The position numbers and the translations under genes were made by a program. Positions 34,177 to 46,981 of a stretch of DNA of 64,000 nt are shown piece by piece. This DNA comes from Trichodelitschia bisporula (Eukaryota), in the NCBI GenBank assembly GCA_010356995.1, contig ML996690.1, forward strand, positions 1,086,217 to 1,150,216. Reading direction: 5' to 3'. The notes below the pieces were generated by a model. It saw only the letters and a program-made list of their open reading frames with translations. It had not been told where the DNA came from and did no database searches. Position 1 is the stretch's first letter, and each line of letters begins with the position of its first letter.

Positions 34177-34398
34177 GGGATAATTGCATTTCCCTGCGTA
34201 CATAGCATGGTGTTATCTACTTGATAGTGTTATATGAGTCAGTGCAAACTTGTCGTGATCGTGAATGATTTTCGTCATGTTGTTGCATGTGATGCAAGGC
34301 TCGCCGTTATCTGATCCGATATCGGAGCGGCTGCTGACTAGGCTTGGCATCGGCTGATCCGGCACCGGTGGAAAAGGATAATCAGATTGATCTTATCT
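34177..34398. promoter_or_regulatory. GATA-site cluster including an SreA-type ATCAGATAA element (minus strand, 34307-34315) upstream of the HapX-type gene
   Basis: ttatctgat at 34307-34315. Further GATAA/TTATC sites at about 34179, 34213, 34377 and 34393. Confidence 0.6.
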
Positions 34399-34446
34399 CG
34401 CATCACCCTCCCCCTCCTCATTCCATCATCACCCCTCCACACAACA

Positions 34447-36106
34447 ATGGTGGCTTCTTCACCGGCCGGCGCCATCCCGTCCTCATCGTCAGCAGACTCG
34501 CACTCCTCGCAAAAGGATGCCTGCTTTTCCACCAACTCCAATTCCTCCTCAGCAGCTTCAAGTCCCGCTCCTGCCCTCCTCGCCCGCCCATCCATCTCAA
34601 CCTCCATCGCGCAGAAACCCTTCCCCATCAGCGTCCTGTCGCCCGCCACAACGGCCGACTTCTCCCCCCATGGCCTCTCCCTCTCGCCACCCGCGAGTAC
34701 GGGTCCGATGAGCACGCGTATCAGCGTGCCCGCGCGCCCCAAGCCGGGTCGCAAGGCCGCAACCGATGAGCCGCAGAGTAAACGCAAGGCGCAGAACCGA
34801 CAGGCGCAACGTAACTTCCGTGCTCGTAAGCAAGAGCAGGCTCAAACGCTAGAGGTTACCTGCGCCAATCTGCGCCAGGATCTAGAGCATTGCAATGAGG
34901 AGATTGCTCGCTTGCAGGCGGCGCTGGAAGAGTCCGGACGAGCATTTGCGGCGGTGAAGGGTGGGTTGGAGGGGAAGCAGGCTGAGCTGGATGGTGTGCT
35001 TGGGCAGGTTGCGGGGTTGCAGCAGGAGGTGGAGAAGTGGAGGATGCTGGCTGTTGAGGCGGATAAGGCGCGGCTGGTGCTGCATAATGATGCTGTCACT
35101 TCTCAAGAGGAGATTCAGAAGGAGAAGGCAAGAGCGGATCGAGCTGAGGCTCAATTGACTCAAATCGCCAATTTTGTTGCTAACAAGCCGACGGGTAATG
35201 CCCTCCTCTGTCCATCGCCGTTCCGGCTGACTTTTGCCTTTAGACGTACCTACGCTAAAAGATACTCCGCAAGATCCCAAACCGGCCAACGGCTGTGGGA
35301 ACTGCGGAGAGAACGGCTCATGTGCGTGCGTAGACTCGTATCTCGACACCGCCCTCGGGAACCCGGTCCCATCACATCTCCTCCGCAACCAGCCTCCAGC
35401 TTCCATGTCCATCGACTCCATCCTCTCTCCCCACAACTCCTCCCGCCGCAACGCCCAGCAACCACCTTCAACAGACGACCTAACGCCCCCCCACGACGAC
35501 CTCGAAACCGACTTCACACAACTCTTCACCAAGCGACCTCCAGCTCCCGCTCCAGCCCCACAACCCGCACCTGTCCCCGTCCGCCGCGCTCCCGAACTCT
35601 CCGTCGACGAACGCTGCGGCTTCTGCACCGAAGGCTCCTCCTGCCCCTGCGCCGAAGAAGCTGCCCTGAAAAAGATAAACCCCAACCCGCCCCGCCCACC
35701 CACGCACCCTCCAGCACCCAGTTCCCACGCCACCGCCCCCGGCCCCGGCTCCTGCGATCTCTGCCAGCGCGACCCCGTCCGCCGCGCCTGGTGCATTGAC
35801 GCCGCATCCGGGCACCCACGCCCGCACTCACCGGGTCTAGACGGCGACGCCATGCCCCTGCCCAAGCGGCGCCGGCGCAACGAGGCCCCGACGCTGCCGT
35901 GCGTGGATGCCTATCCTGTGTATAAGAAACTGGAGTCTAGTGCGAAGAGCGTCGGGTATGATGATGTGTTGCGCGAGTTTTTGCGCAGCAGGCCCGTGGG
36001 ACGGAGGAGTCCGAGACGGAAGAGGAATTTTACGGCGATGGAGGTAGATGTTGGGGAGGTGCTTGCTTCGTTGCATCGGCAGGGGGATGGGGGCGGGATG
36101 GGATAG
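34447..36106 (+). CDS. hapX: HapX-type iron-responsive bZIP transcription factor (HapX or a paralog). Intron 35195-35243
   Basis: PARPKPGRK followed by Yap-type bZIP KRKAQNRQAQRNFR. Cys-rich regions CGNCGENGSCAC, CGFCTEGSSCPC, GPGSCDLCQRDP…WC, LPCVDAY. C-terminal AMEVD. Confidence 0.8.
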
Positions 36107-36192
36107 GGGGCGGGGGCGTGGATGATGTATTGGTGTGGAAATGGGGTGCTAAAATACGTGTATCTACGCAGGGTTAATGAGTTTTATTAGAG

Positions 36193-37663
36193 CTACTTCA
36201 TCTCTTCGTCTTCTAGTGCTTTTCCCAGTCCATGCTCTTGCAGCTCCTCGGCATCGATATCCGGGTCCGGCATCGTCGCATCGGCGATGTTCTCCGCCAT
36301 GTCATCGAGCTTATTGTACGCCTTCGGGTTAGCCTTCGGCTCGCCATGCCCCTTCGACTTGAACTGGTATCCCCTAACGCGCGGTCCCGGCCCTGCTGCG
36401 CTGGGCATATCGGCCTCATACGCACGACTGAAGGCCTCGACATCAGCCTCAAACGTCTCCCGGGCTATACTCTGCCGCACACCGGCGAAGAACTCGCTCA
36501 TCACAGAGTGGTTGTGAAGTTGTAGCAATACCCAGCCTAGCATCTCCTTCGTCGCGAGCAGGTGGTGGATGTACGCCCTGTGGTGGTTTGTACACGCAAA
36601 ACATGTGCACCCGGGGCGAAGGGGGGAGAGATCGATGGTGTGCTCTGCGGACCAGAGACTGGTGGCTAGTGGCAGGGGGTCGGCGTGCGGTGCAGGGGCC
36701 GGGGCTGGGAATGTGAAGTCCAGCGCGAAGCCGGCGTCTGAGGCGTGGTCGACGAAGGGCAGGATGAAGAGATCCACCCCCAGCGCTATCTCACGGAGTA
36801 TGGCCACGGGATTCGCGGGCGTGGTGAGCGCGAGCCGGGGCAGGAGTTGGAGTTCTTCCGGGAGGTCAAGGAGGGACTCGGTGTCATACACCGCTAACCC
36901 ACTTATATGCGGCCTATAATCAGGATCGCAAAGCAGCTGCGTATACCACATCTGCTGCTCAGGCGCAAGCGGGAGCAGCGGCGCGAAGACAGCGGGGTAA
37001 GGCGTCTCCTGGGCGCGGGTGAGCATGGTGCTGACCCAGAGATCGGTGCGGTCGGTGGATTTCTCAGCGCGCTTGCGGCTACTCGTCGGCGGGACGATGT
37101 CTCCAGGGGCTATTATGATATCCGGCTGCAGGGCCGCGCCGGCGCTGATGTACTCCTCGATGTCGAGGGTGCGGAACCCGACGGACGTGCATATTGACAG
37201 CGTGGCATTTGTATTTGCCGCTGGGCTCTCGACGGGGGGCACGCGCCGGGGACCGAGGATGAGGAGAGGGGCGGGGGAGTGGTGCGTGAAGGCGCGGAGG
37301 CGGGAGCCCGTACTATCGGGGTGTATCTCAAAAACTGGCGGTACGCGCGGCGGGGTCTTTTCGATGACTAGAGCGGCGCGAGGCGATGATCAGTCTTGTG
37401 CGCTCTGGCGGGGCGGGATACGCACAGTCTTCGAGGCCTAGGTAGAGGGCGCGGATGTCGGTGTGCTTTTGCAGGTTGTCGTGCGCGAGGTGCGGGACGA
37501 CGCCACGCGAGGTGTTTGCTGCGTAGTGGGGTGTTTGGATGGGGGAGCGGCTGCGCAGGGCGAGGGTGCCGAGGCGGGCGACGGGGCGGGAGAGGGTGCT
37601 GGTGAGGGCGAAGGGGGGCATCTCGGGGAGCTTGGGGGGGCTCGAGACGGTGGGTTCGGCCAT
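36193..37663 (-). CDS. QTRT2: Queuine tRNA-ribosyltransferase accessory subunit 2; one intron near 37420-37375
   Basis: ARLGTL…IQTPHYAANTSRGVVPHL, zinc site CTCFACTNHHRAYIHHLL…LLQLHN. No catalytic DSGGFQ motif. Confidence 0.88.
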
Positions 37664-37905
37664 TGTGTGTGGAGGAGGGAGGGGGAGGGTGATGGGTTGA
37701 CGTTGGTGGGGTTGCGCGCTCGGAGGTTTAAAAACGCGCGCCACCTCGACGTCACGTCAAAACGCGCGGGTTGTGCTACGGATCTGGTTACACAGTTTTG
37801 AAGGTGAGGATTTTTACATCGGTTGTGAAACTGATATGGATGCTTCGGAGACTTCATGCGGATTTTTCTTGTCCGCTGGTTATCTTTTCAAAATAGTACT
37901 GCCGC

Positions 37906-39194
37906 TTAATCCAGAACATACGCGTCGTTCCATTCCTCCTCCGTGATGTGCGTCGCCTTTTGTCGGGCAGGTTTACTCAACGGGCTCAGCACATGTTCTC
38001 GCAAGGCATCCTCCTCGAGACCACTCTTGACGCTTTCCAACTCCGCATCGTACCTCGCCAGGAGCCAGTCGTCGTACTCCTCCGAATCCACATCAGGCAT
38101 CGGCGTCTTCTCAGATGTCTTCGCTTTGGCGCGGACTCTCGGCGGCTTGAATAGCTCTTCCACCAAACTTTGTCCTCGGGTTCTGAGACTGAGCTCTTTC
38201 GCTAGCAAACCCCAAGATGTGTGGCTGTTGCACGATGGGCAATCCCCGCCTATTGGAACAAATTCATCTTCTCCTAGGAAGTGGCTGGAAAGACAGGAGA
38301 GGTGGGACACAGCCACGCAGCCATCATGAGGACACACGAGAAGCAACGACTCGGAAGCCTCCATCTTCTTTCGACACACAGAACAGCGGCAGTTCATGTC
38401 CGGAGTGAGAAGCGCCCTCGTCTTCTCCAAGTACGGCTTGATGTGAGCATAGGTCACATCAATTTGAGACAAAGCCGTAGGCGGAGGGTCGAGAGCCCCC
38501 GCTCGGCTGCTCGGAGTGTCAGGAGGCTCGTAAAGGGTGACCGTGATGCCGCTCCTCGGTGCTCCGCTGGCCTTCTTGCTCCACTTTGTCCACATGGTAT
38601 GGACATCTTCGCAGAAAAAACCGACCGCAAGCGGCATTCGCTCAAAGGTCTTTGATCTCAACAACAGGTGCAGGTTGTGAACTCTGGCGTTGATAGAGAT
38701 GCGCGGAGCTGGCGGCTTTTTCCGGGTGCGCGTGCCGTCGGGGCCGGCGGGCTTCGACTTGGCTGTGGTGATACGATTGTCCTCGCTGATGTGGCGCGTG
38801 AGGTGCGGATGTTGCCAGGCCCATCTTCATAATGTTAGCAAATCGGGATTTTATGTAGAGACCGAGTTTGACGTTGTGCTAAGAAGCCAGATATACGGAT
38901 GTATGATGTGGCGAGCCTCATAGCAACACCATCTTGATGTAAACAAACAAAGATCGCCACCTACTCAAATTGCAATGCAGCCACCTGCGACGGGAAGCCA
39001 TGAACAATGCAAGCAACCTCCCATGGTCGCAGCGACTCTCTCGACGTACGCACTGCACCCCCCTTCGAGAGGCCATTGTGTTGCTGTAAGCGCCGGTGGA
39101 TGTTGGGCGTTGAGCCTATGTAGTGTGATGTTCGGCTGACGGTGGAGCGGAGGAGGTAGCAGGAGTAAAAGGCCGGAATGACGCGGGAATCCAT
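37906..39194 (-). CDS. SLX1: Structure-specific endonuclease subunit Slx1. Intron 38964-38825
   Basis: GIY-YIG motifs CYLLRS…[15 protein letters not shown]…GGA, RPWE, ALQFEWAWQ, and a C-terminal RING-like CSVC…CPHDGC…HLSCL…CPSC. Confidence 0.95.
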
Positions 39195-40656
39195 GCTTCT
39201 CGGATGATAGAGACGACAATCACACTGCACGCATTGACCAAAACATGTAGTATGTTGTAAAGATGCGGTTAGGTCTATTCTTGGATACTCGCGATGAGGA
39301 ACGGTAGGGAGTGTTGTGCCTGCAGAGGAAGGTCAAACCAAAGTCAAGGGAGCGGGGATGGGTTTGTCCAATCATGGTTGACGAATGGGGTGGACAGGCT
39401 CAAAATGTTGCATCGAAGCAAGGCGATCGACGACACCTGGGACGGACAAGCGCCTTGTCTCCGCATTGCACACAACGTCAGGACATGTCAGCTGGTTAAA
39501 AGCTGGGGAAACACATATATCTCGGTCATTGGGACATGCAAACTGAAGAGAGACGGAAAAGGTAAATATTACGTCTGACAAATGTTTAGAAACCACTCCT
39601 TCCGTGCGCCCGCATATCCCCTGGCATAGGTATAAAAGCCCAAGGAGTTTGACGGCAGATATACAAGAGTTGCTGTTAGAAGGTTCGTCGCAAATGACAG
39701 CTGGCTGAAACCTAGAATGTAGAAGGGAAACAGGGAGTCTTGGTGTGGGGACAATAGATCGAGAAGGCTGGAATGGGAAGTGACTTTAAAAGGATATCGA
39801 GATGGAATGGGGCCGGCCTTCTATGCACTGTATGGTTGTGCACACGTGCTATGGTATGCGTTATGCGAGAGGTGATGGCGGCGAAAAAAGGGCGACCAAT
39901 ATTTATGCGGACGGGCCATCGTGCTATGGGGGCGATGGAAGGCATGGAAGGCATGGAAGGAGGCGGACGGATGAGAAAAGTGATCTGATATCCCACAGCT
40001 GAATTGCCTGATACTCTACCAAGAGAAAGGCAAGATACACAAAATAGAACAGGCGAAGAGGCACGAGGGTTGGGATGAGAGTGGAAGATGGTGCAGTAAA
40101 GAGAGAGAAGTTAGGAGAGGCCAGGGAAAAATGCGCTAAGCATAGCCGAACCTTGCGGCGTACCTGTCGGTGCTCTCTCCATCTCCCGCCCTCAGCATCT
40201 TCCTCCATCATCCTTCCCCCCCATCTTCCCTCTCCTCCTCCACATATCTCTCCACACCAACTCTCTCCAACGCCAAACTTCCACCGCCCTTACCAACTAA
40301 CCTTCATCGGTTTATTAGGCGATCCCACGTCGCTCTTTTCGCATCGTCTGGTTTTCATCTGCATTCCATTTGCCGCTGCACGCAAAGCCACACATACCAC
40401 ACAGCTGGGCCTCCCACTGGTGTCCTTGGCCTGAGATTGTTCCCCCATCACCTTGAACTCCCTTCGTCTTCCCCCCACAACCCTATCGCGAAACCTCGAA
40501 GGCGCCCATTTCCATCTTCCACAGCTGGCCAGGATATGTCCGAGCTTCTGCCGTTGCCTTGACCCCGGGGAAACCTACAACTTCCAACAAACCTCCATCA
40601 ATCCATATCACCAGCCCCAGCCCCGCGAAATAGCATCATTTTCAGCGCTCTCCGAT

Positions 40657-43600
40657 ATGGTCGTGCCTCCGGCCACCGGAGGTATGCCTTCGATGACCGC
40701 TTCCCCTTCGATGCGCAACAGCCTATCCAACGGATATGCAACTACCAGCGCACCCCGCGGCAAGATGGCGGGCAACAGCGCCGCACACGCTGCTGGAGCA
40801 TCGCAGCCAGAGAAGCCACAACAGCCCTTGAGCATCCGCAAAGCTCAACCTCTGGATCTGTCGACAGTCGAGCGGCGGGGACAGGCCAACGCTCCGAGGG
40901 AGAAGGAGCCCAAAACTTCGCGCCCGCATGGTCTCCAGGAGGCCCCGACGTTTCGGCCAACGGAAGAAGAGTTCAAGGACCCCTTCGAGTACATCCGCAA
41001 GATCGCCCCCGAGGGTGCCAAGTACGGCCTCGTCAAGATCATTCCTCCTGAAGGCTGGGACCCCGACTTCGCAATTGACACTGAAACCTTTCACTTCAGG
41101 ACTCGGCGTCAAGAGCTGAACCTTGCGGAAGGCGGTATGGTGCCTCTATTTCGTTTGACGATTCCAAATACTAACCAAACTTTCGTAGGCACGCGTGCCA
41201 ACCTGAACTATCTTGACCAGCTCGCCAAGTTCCATAAACAGCGCAGTGGAACCAACCTCAATCGCTTTCCCAGTGTGGACAAGCGGCCGTTAGATTTGTA
41301 CAAGCTCAAGAAGTTTGTCGAGGATAAGGGCGGGTTCGATACTGTCTGCCGCCAGAAGCGATGGGCAGAGATTGGTCGCGATCTGGGCTACAGCGGGAAG
41401 ATCATGTCCTCGCTTTCCACGTCACTGAAGAACTCGTTTCAAAAGTGGCTCCAGCCCTACGAGGACTGGTTGAAGTTCAACAAGCCCAATGTTCTCCACC
41501 AGCAGGAAATCGAGAACGGCGGTCCATATACTCCGTCCCCGGCTCAGACTCCGATCGCCTCCCACCGGCAAACTCCAAACAGCATGAGGCCCAGCTCCCC
41601 GGCCGCTCGCGCATCGGCTGCGCTTAATTCCACTCTGCAGGATGGGCACAGCGCACCGATACCTTCCGTGGAAACAGCGCCGCCTCGTCCGCCGACGACG
41701 TCTGGATTCACCGCAGTCAACGCTGGTGGTGGGTTTACGGCTGTGAATGCGCCGACATCATCATATTCCGCCATCAACACTGCAAATGGTAGACTTCGCG
41801 AAGCAGATCCTGTGCGTTCTACCGGTCGGTCTACGCCACGCGACAGCCCGTTTACGCCGGCACCGCAATCCTCAAAGGGGACGCCTAGTCTTTCACACCT
41901 CTCTCAAGCTTTAGCCTTGAACGGAAATGCGAGTGCGCTCAAGAGACACCTGTCCACGGACACTGACGGAAATGCGGAAGAGAGTGTCGATGCATCGGGT
42001 CGTCGTAGTAAGCGTCACAAGAAAGGTGCGTGCTTCTGTAAATTCTTGTGCGTCGCATGGCGTCTCGGTGTCCTCCGCCGGGACTGTCTGTCGCACAACC
42101 CCCTCCTCCTGCGCTTCAGCCAGACGCTGCCGAATGCCGCCGCGCGAACCAAAAAGTTTCGCGAATCAGGGCTAACCTCGCCGCAACAGATGCCGCGCCG
42201 ACTGTTACTGGGTCCCACATGGTCCAACCCCGCCTCCCGGCTCCTCACCTGCATCCTCCACGTGACCGCTCAAAGGAAAAACCGGGCGAGGTAAGTAGTC
42301 ATTTGTTGCTTTCTCCATTGCTTGAGCTGATGCGTAAATACAGCAGTGCGAATCTTGCGGTAAAGCTGACGAACCCACCGCCATTCTTCTTTGCGACAGC
42401 TGCGATGCTGGGTACCATCGCTACTGCCTGGAGCCGCCTCTCAAAGCCACACCTGAGACAGATTGGCATTGTCCGAAATGTCTGGTCGGCACTGGTGACT
42501 TTGGCTTCGAAGAAGGTGGGATTTACTCACTGAAGCAGTTTCAAGAGAAGGCAAAGCACTTCAAGGACAATTACTTTGCCGGGAAGATGCCCTTCGATCC
42601 CGTCCTCAACGCTTGGAAGCCGGTAACCGAGGAAGACGTCGAGAAAGAGTTCTGGCGCCTTACGGAGAGCTTGGTCGAAACTGTGGAAGTGGAGTACGGG
42701 GCGGATATCCATTCGACCACGCATGGCAGCGGATTCCCGACCATCAACCAGAAGCCGGACAGCCCGTATTGCATGGATCCCTGGAACCTAAATGTGTTGC
42801 CCATGGACAAGAACTCGCTGTTCCGACACATCAACACTGATATTTCGGGAATGACTGTACCGTGGCTGTACGTTGGAATGTGCTTTTCCACATTTTGCTG
42901 GCACAGCGAAGATCACTACACCTACTCAGCCAACTATCAGCATTTCGGCGCGACGAAAACCTGGTACGGGATTCCTGCTGACGATGCTGCGCGTTTCGAA
43001 GAGGCGATGAAGGAAGCCGTGCCCGAACTTTTCGAGCAGCAGCCGGACCTTCTCTTCCAGCTCGTCACGTTGCTTCAACCCGAGAAGCTCAAGAAGGCTG
43101 GAGTGCGCGTCTACGCTCTTGACCAACGCGCCGGGCAGTTTGTCGTTACATTTCCGCAGGCCTACCACGCGGGGTTCAACCATGGCTTCAACTTCAACGA
43201 AGCCGTCAACTTTGCCCCTCCCGATTGGGAACCGTTTGGTGCAGCAGCTGTTCAGCGCCTTCGTGATTTCCGGAGGCAGCCAGTCTTTTGTCACGAAGAA
43301 CTTCTGTTCACGGCAGCCTCGCGCGATCCTGGCATCAAGACTGCGAGATGGCTCGGTCCAGCCCTGCAAAAGACGATGGATTCCGAGCTGAAGGCCCGTG
43401 CCGATTTTGCGGCGCAGTATAAGCGGGCTAAGGATCACATCGACATCGACAGTGGCACTACCACCAGCTTTCCTTTCGAGAAAGATACCCATGACTTGCC
43501 AGAAGAGGACGTAGTGTGCTCCTATTGCAAAGCATTTTGCTACCTCTCTCGGTTTGTGTGCCACAAATCCTGGAAACCAGTCTGCTTGCTCCATGCCGGA

Positions 43601-46069
43601 AACTTTGAGTGCTGTTCCACGAGTCCCGACGAGAGATTCTCTCTCAGCCCTGGCGAGCATTCTGTGCATTTACGCATGACGAACGAGGAACTGGAGAAAT
43701 CAGTCGCGAAGGTCGTCGAAGTCGCGCGGACTCCCGAACTCTGGGAGGAGAAGGTAGACAAGTTGCTTTCTGAAGGCAAGCCGTCTGTCAAGTCTCTTCG
43801 CTCTCTTCTGGCCGAAGGAAACCAAATCAGCATCCACTGGGAACTGCCGCAGCTGCCAGCGCTGAAGACCTTTGTGGATCGGTGCAACGAGTGGATTGAG
43901 GAGGCACTGAACTACACCACCCGGAAGCAGCAAAATCGCCGCAAGAACGAGCGGGCATGGCGCCGAAGCAGCATGCGAAATCAAGAACTTGAGGACCGCG
44001 AGCGCGAACTTCGCAATGTTGACAACATCAAGCGTCTCCTCAAAAGCGCCGATGCGCTTGGGTTTGAATGCCCGGATCTGGACCTCCTGCGCGAGCGCTC
44101 GGACAAGATCACAGAATTCCAAAAACGTGCGCATGCTGCTCTCAACCGAGTCAACATTGGGACGGTTGAACTCGATGAGCTGATCGAAGATGGCAAGTCC
44201 TTCAATATTGACATGCCGGAAATTGAGAAACTTGAGCGTCGGGTGCGCACCGTCAAGTGGTTCGAGACGGCCAAAGAGTTTGTGGAGAGGCTTAACTCGC
44301 CCAACCCTCTTTCACTTCAAGAGGTCACCGAATTCATCCAGCAGGGGAAGGAGCTCAACGTCCCTGACAGCGACACCTACATGGCTTACTTCCTTTCACA
44401 GAAAGAGCACGGCGAGTTCTGGGAGGGAAAGGCGAAGGAGCTGATGTCGAATGAGCACGTCAACTTTACTCAGTTGGACGCTCTTGCGAAGCAGGCCACC
44501 CAGCTGCCTGTGTCGAAGGAGACTCTCGCGGCCATTGATGCTATCCTCGAAAAGCAACGGGAAGCTCAGGATCGCATCATGTCGCTCTATCAGCGCAGCA
44601 AAGACCCAGATCTTCGGCGTCGTCCTAAGTACAAGGAGGTCCGCGATGCGATGGAGGCGCTTAATGAACTCAACAGTAAACCTCTCGGGACTCTGGACCT
44701 TGAGCGTGAACAGAAGCGCCACGAAGACTGGATGCGTCGGGGCAAAAAGCTGTTCGGCAAGGCCAACGCTCCGTTGCACATCCTTCTGCAGCACATGCAG
44801 TACGTGGAAGAGCGCAATGAGGCTTGTCTCGATCTCCGCGACCAGCCTAGAATGCCGGTAGAGCCCTCGTCTAGAGAGGCTACTCCTGACAACCCGGCGG
44901 ACCTTGAGAACCGCGATGTTTTCTGCATTTGCCGCAAGCCGGAATCGGGCATGATGATTGAGTGCGAGCTCTGCCACGAGTGGTTGGTCACATCCAAAGT
45001 TTTGGTCAATTTTCCTAACATTCCTAGGTACCACGGTAAGTGCCTCAAGATCGCTCGTGGCAAGATTCGGGAAGACGACAAGTACACGTGTCCCATCTGT
45101 GACTATCGTCTGAAGATTCCTCGCGACGCAGCTCGGCCTAGGCTGGAGGACCTGCAATACTGGCAGGATGAAATTCCCAACCTTCCCTTCCAACCCGAGG
45201 AAGAGGAGGTTCTGGACAAAATCATCAACAAAGCCTTGGAGTTCAGAAACCACATTGCTAGCATGATCAACCCCATGGTGTCGACGCCCGACGAGCTCCA
45301 AGTTCAACGCTTCTATCTTCGCAAGATTGAGGGCGCGGATGTCCTGCTCACTAATGAAACGAACTTCCTGAGGCAAGAGCTCCACAAATGGGCCCCGGTT
45401 GCTCCCGAGCCACCGAAGCTCATCGAAATGTCGCTTTCGACGCGCAAACCGCGGCCGACGAAGCAGCAAAAGCTGATGAATCAATATGGCGTCTCCGATC
45501 CAGAGCAGCTTCCAGCGCATCTCCGACCCAAGCCGCCGAACCCGAAGAGGAAAGAGCGGGAGGAGAAAAAGTTGAGCGCATCGAGCAGCAAGCAGGGTTC
45601 CGCAGGAGTAAATGAGTCCCACACGCCTCCTGGACTTCCCCTCGGGGTTAGCCACTCACACGCACCGAGCAACTCCCTCCCCACCGTTCAGGACCATCAG
45701 GCTACGTTCTCATACGACGCCATGGGCAGCTCAATGGGATCCTCATACCGGCCTCAGGTGGAGGAACCGATGTTCACCACGACCAGTCGGCACGTCGGTC
45801 TTTCCGGTCTTTCGCAAGGTGCACCCAGCCCTATCATGCCCACGCACTCTGCTGGCATCGATCCTCAGCTAGAAAACATGTTCAGCAACCCGAGTTCCAC
45901 TACCAACCACAAGCCTGTGGACCCAATGCGGCCTAATCAGGTCTTCACCAGCGGCGTCGCTCATGGGGATGGCAGCGATCCCATCGATTTCGGCACCTTT
46001 ACCAACGAGGGTGCCGCCGAGGAGGCGTTTAGTGGATTCAACGAGGCTCTGGATCCGGAGGCGAACTAA
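40657..46069 (+). CDS. JARID1/KDM5-family H3K4 demethylase (Lid2/KdmB type). Introns 41135-41188, 42026-42189, 42291-42343 and 44983-45027
   Basis: JmjN (APTFRPTEEEFKDP), ARID (PLDLYKLK…WAEIGRDLGY), PHD, JmjC with intact FCWHSEDHY…QAYHAGFN, C5HC2, PLU-1 and a second PHD. Confidence 0.96.
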
Positions 46070-46981
46070 GGCTGGGCTTGCACATAGCCCTCGACTTTGT
46101 ACTTTGTCTTTGATCCAAGGCGTCATGGTGGGGGAATATGGAGGCTATACGGTGGACGGGGGTGCGGCGTTTTTACACCTTTTTCTCATGGGCAAGGTAC
46201 AGCTTCGGTAATGTACCGGCTAGAACGGCGGACTTCGGCGTTCTTCAAATGGTGCACTTGTTCAGCTTCCCCAGTTTCAGCACGAGCCTCACACGTATTG
46301 TTTGCTTGTACTATGCCAGCATTTTTCTCCCGACTTGTGTTTCACTAGTGTGTGTTGCTGAACCGCCTCATGGGGCGATTTACGTAATGGAGGGTCAAAT
46401 GGTTACATGGAGTTGTGACGATAACTCGTTCTACTTGTTATTGAGTGACATTGTGTGTGCTCGATCGTCCCCCCTTTTTCGGCCCTCGGTGAGGTTCCAG
46501 CATGATATGGGTCGGTTGCCTTGTATGATAATTGACGTACGCAAAGTCATCTGAAATCGCATCACGCAGTCTTCCGCCTATTAGAACTAGTCTATGTAAA
46601 CGATCACCATCCGTACCCCTCGCTTCAGTGTCGTCTTTGTCGTCTTTGTCGTCGTATCAGAAACATGTCAAGAAGCCCAAAGACCACGGCTACAAAACCC
46701 AGCCCCATGAGTAGATGCAAAGACACAGCAGAACCACGTACCAGCGCCCAAATCCCCCGTCTGATGTGGATGGAAGGAGCATTGATATGTCAGGAAGGCG
46801 CATACTAAGGGTCATGATGTAATGAGCGCATGATAGAAGGAAGTAGCAAAGGGGGACACTTTGTCATCGCGTATTTAAGTCCTGAATGACTCTGTCTCCC
46901 TTTCTCTCTTTGTCTTCTACTTCAATCTTCACTTTACACAGTTTCCTTTGCCTGCGTACCGAGCCTTACTCCCATCACCGT

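Noticed and set aside
38825..38964. Longer-than-usual introns in SLX1 (140 nt) and KDM5 (42026-42189) as possible snoRNA hosts
   Set aside because: No convincing C/D box pair or H/ACA layout is visible.
39935..39960. Short 9-bp triplications (atggaaggc x3; also tgtcgtctt near 46629)
   Set aside because: Ordinary slippage microrepeats with no further structure.
44396..45655. Long antisense ORFs (419 aa here; also 29616-30752, 34882-35880 and 15109-15870)
   Set aside because: These are shadows of GC-rich, codon-biased sense genes with no independent features.
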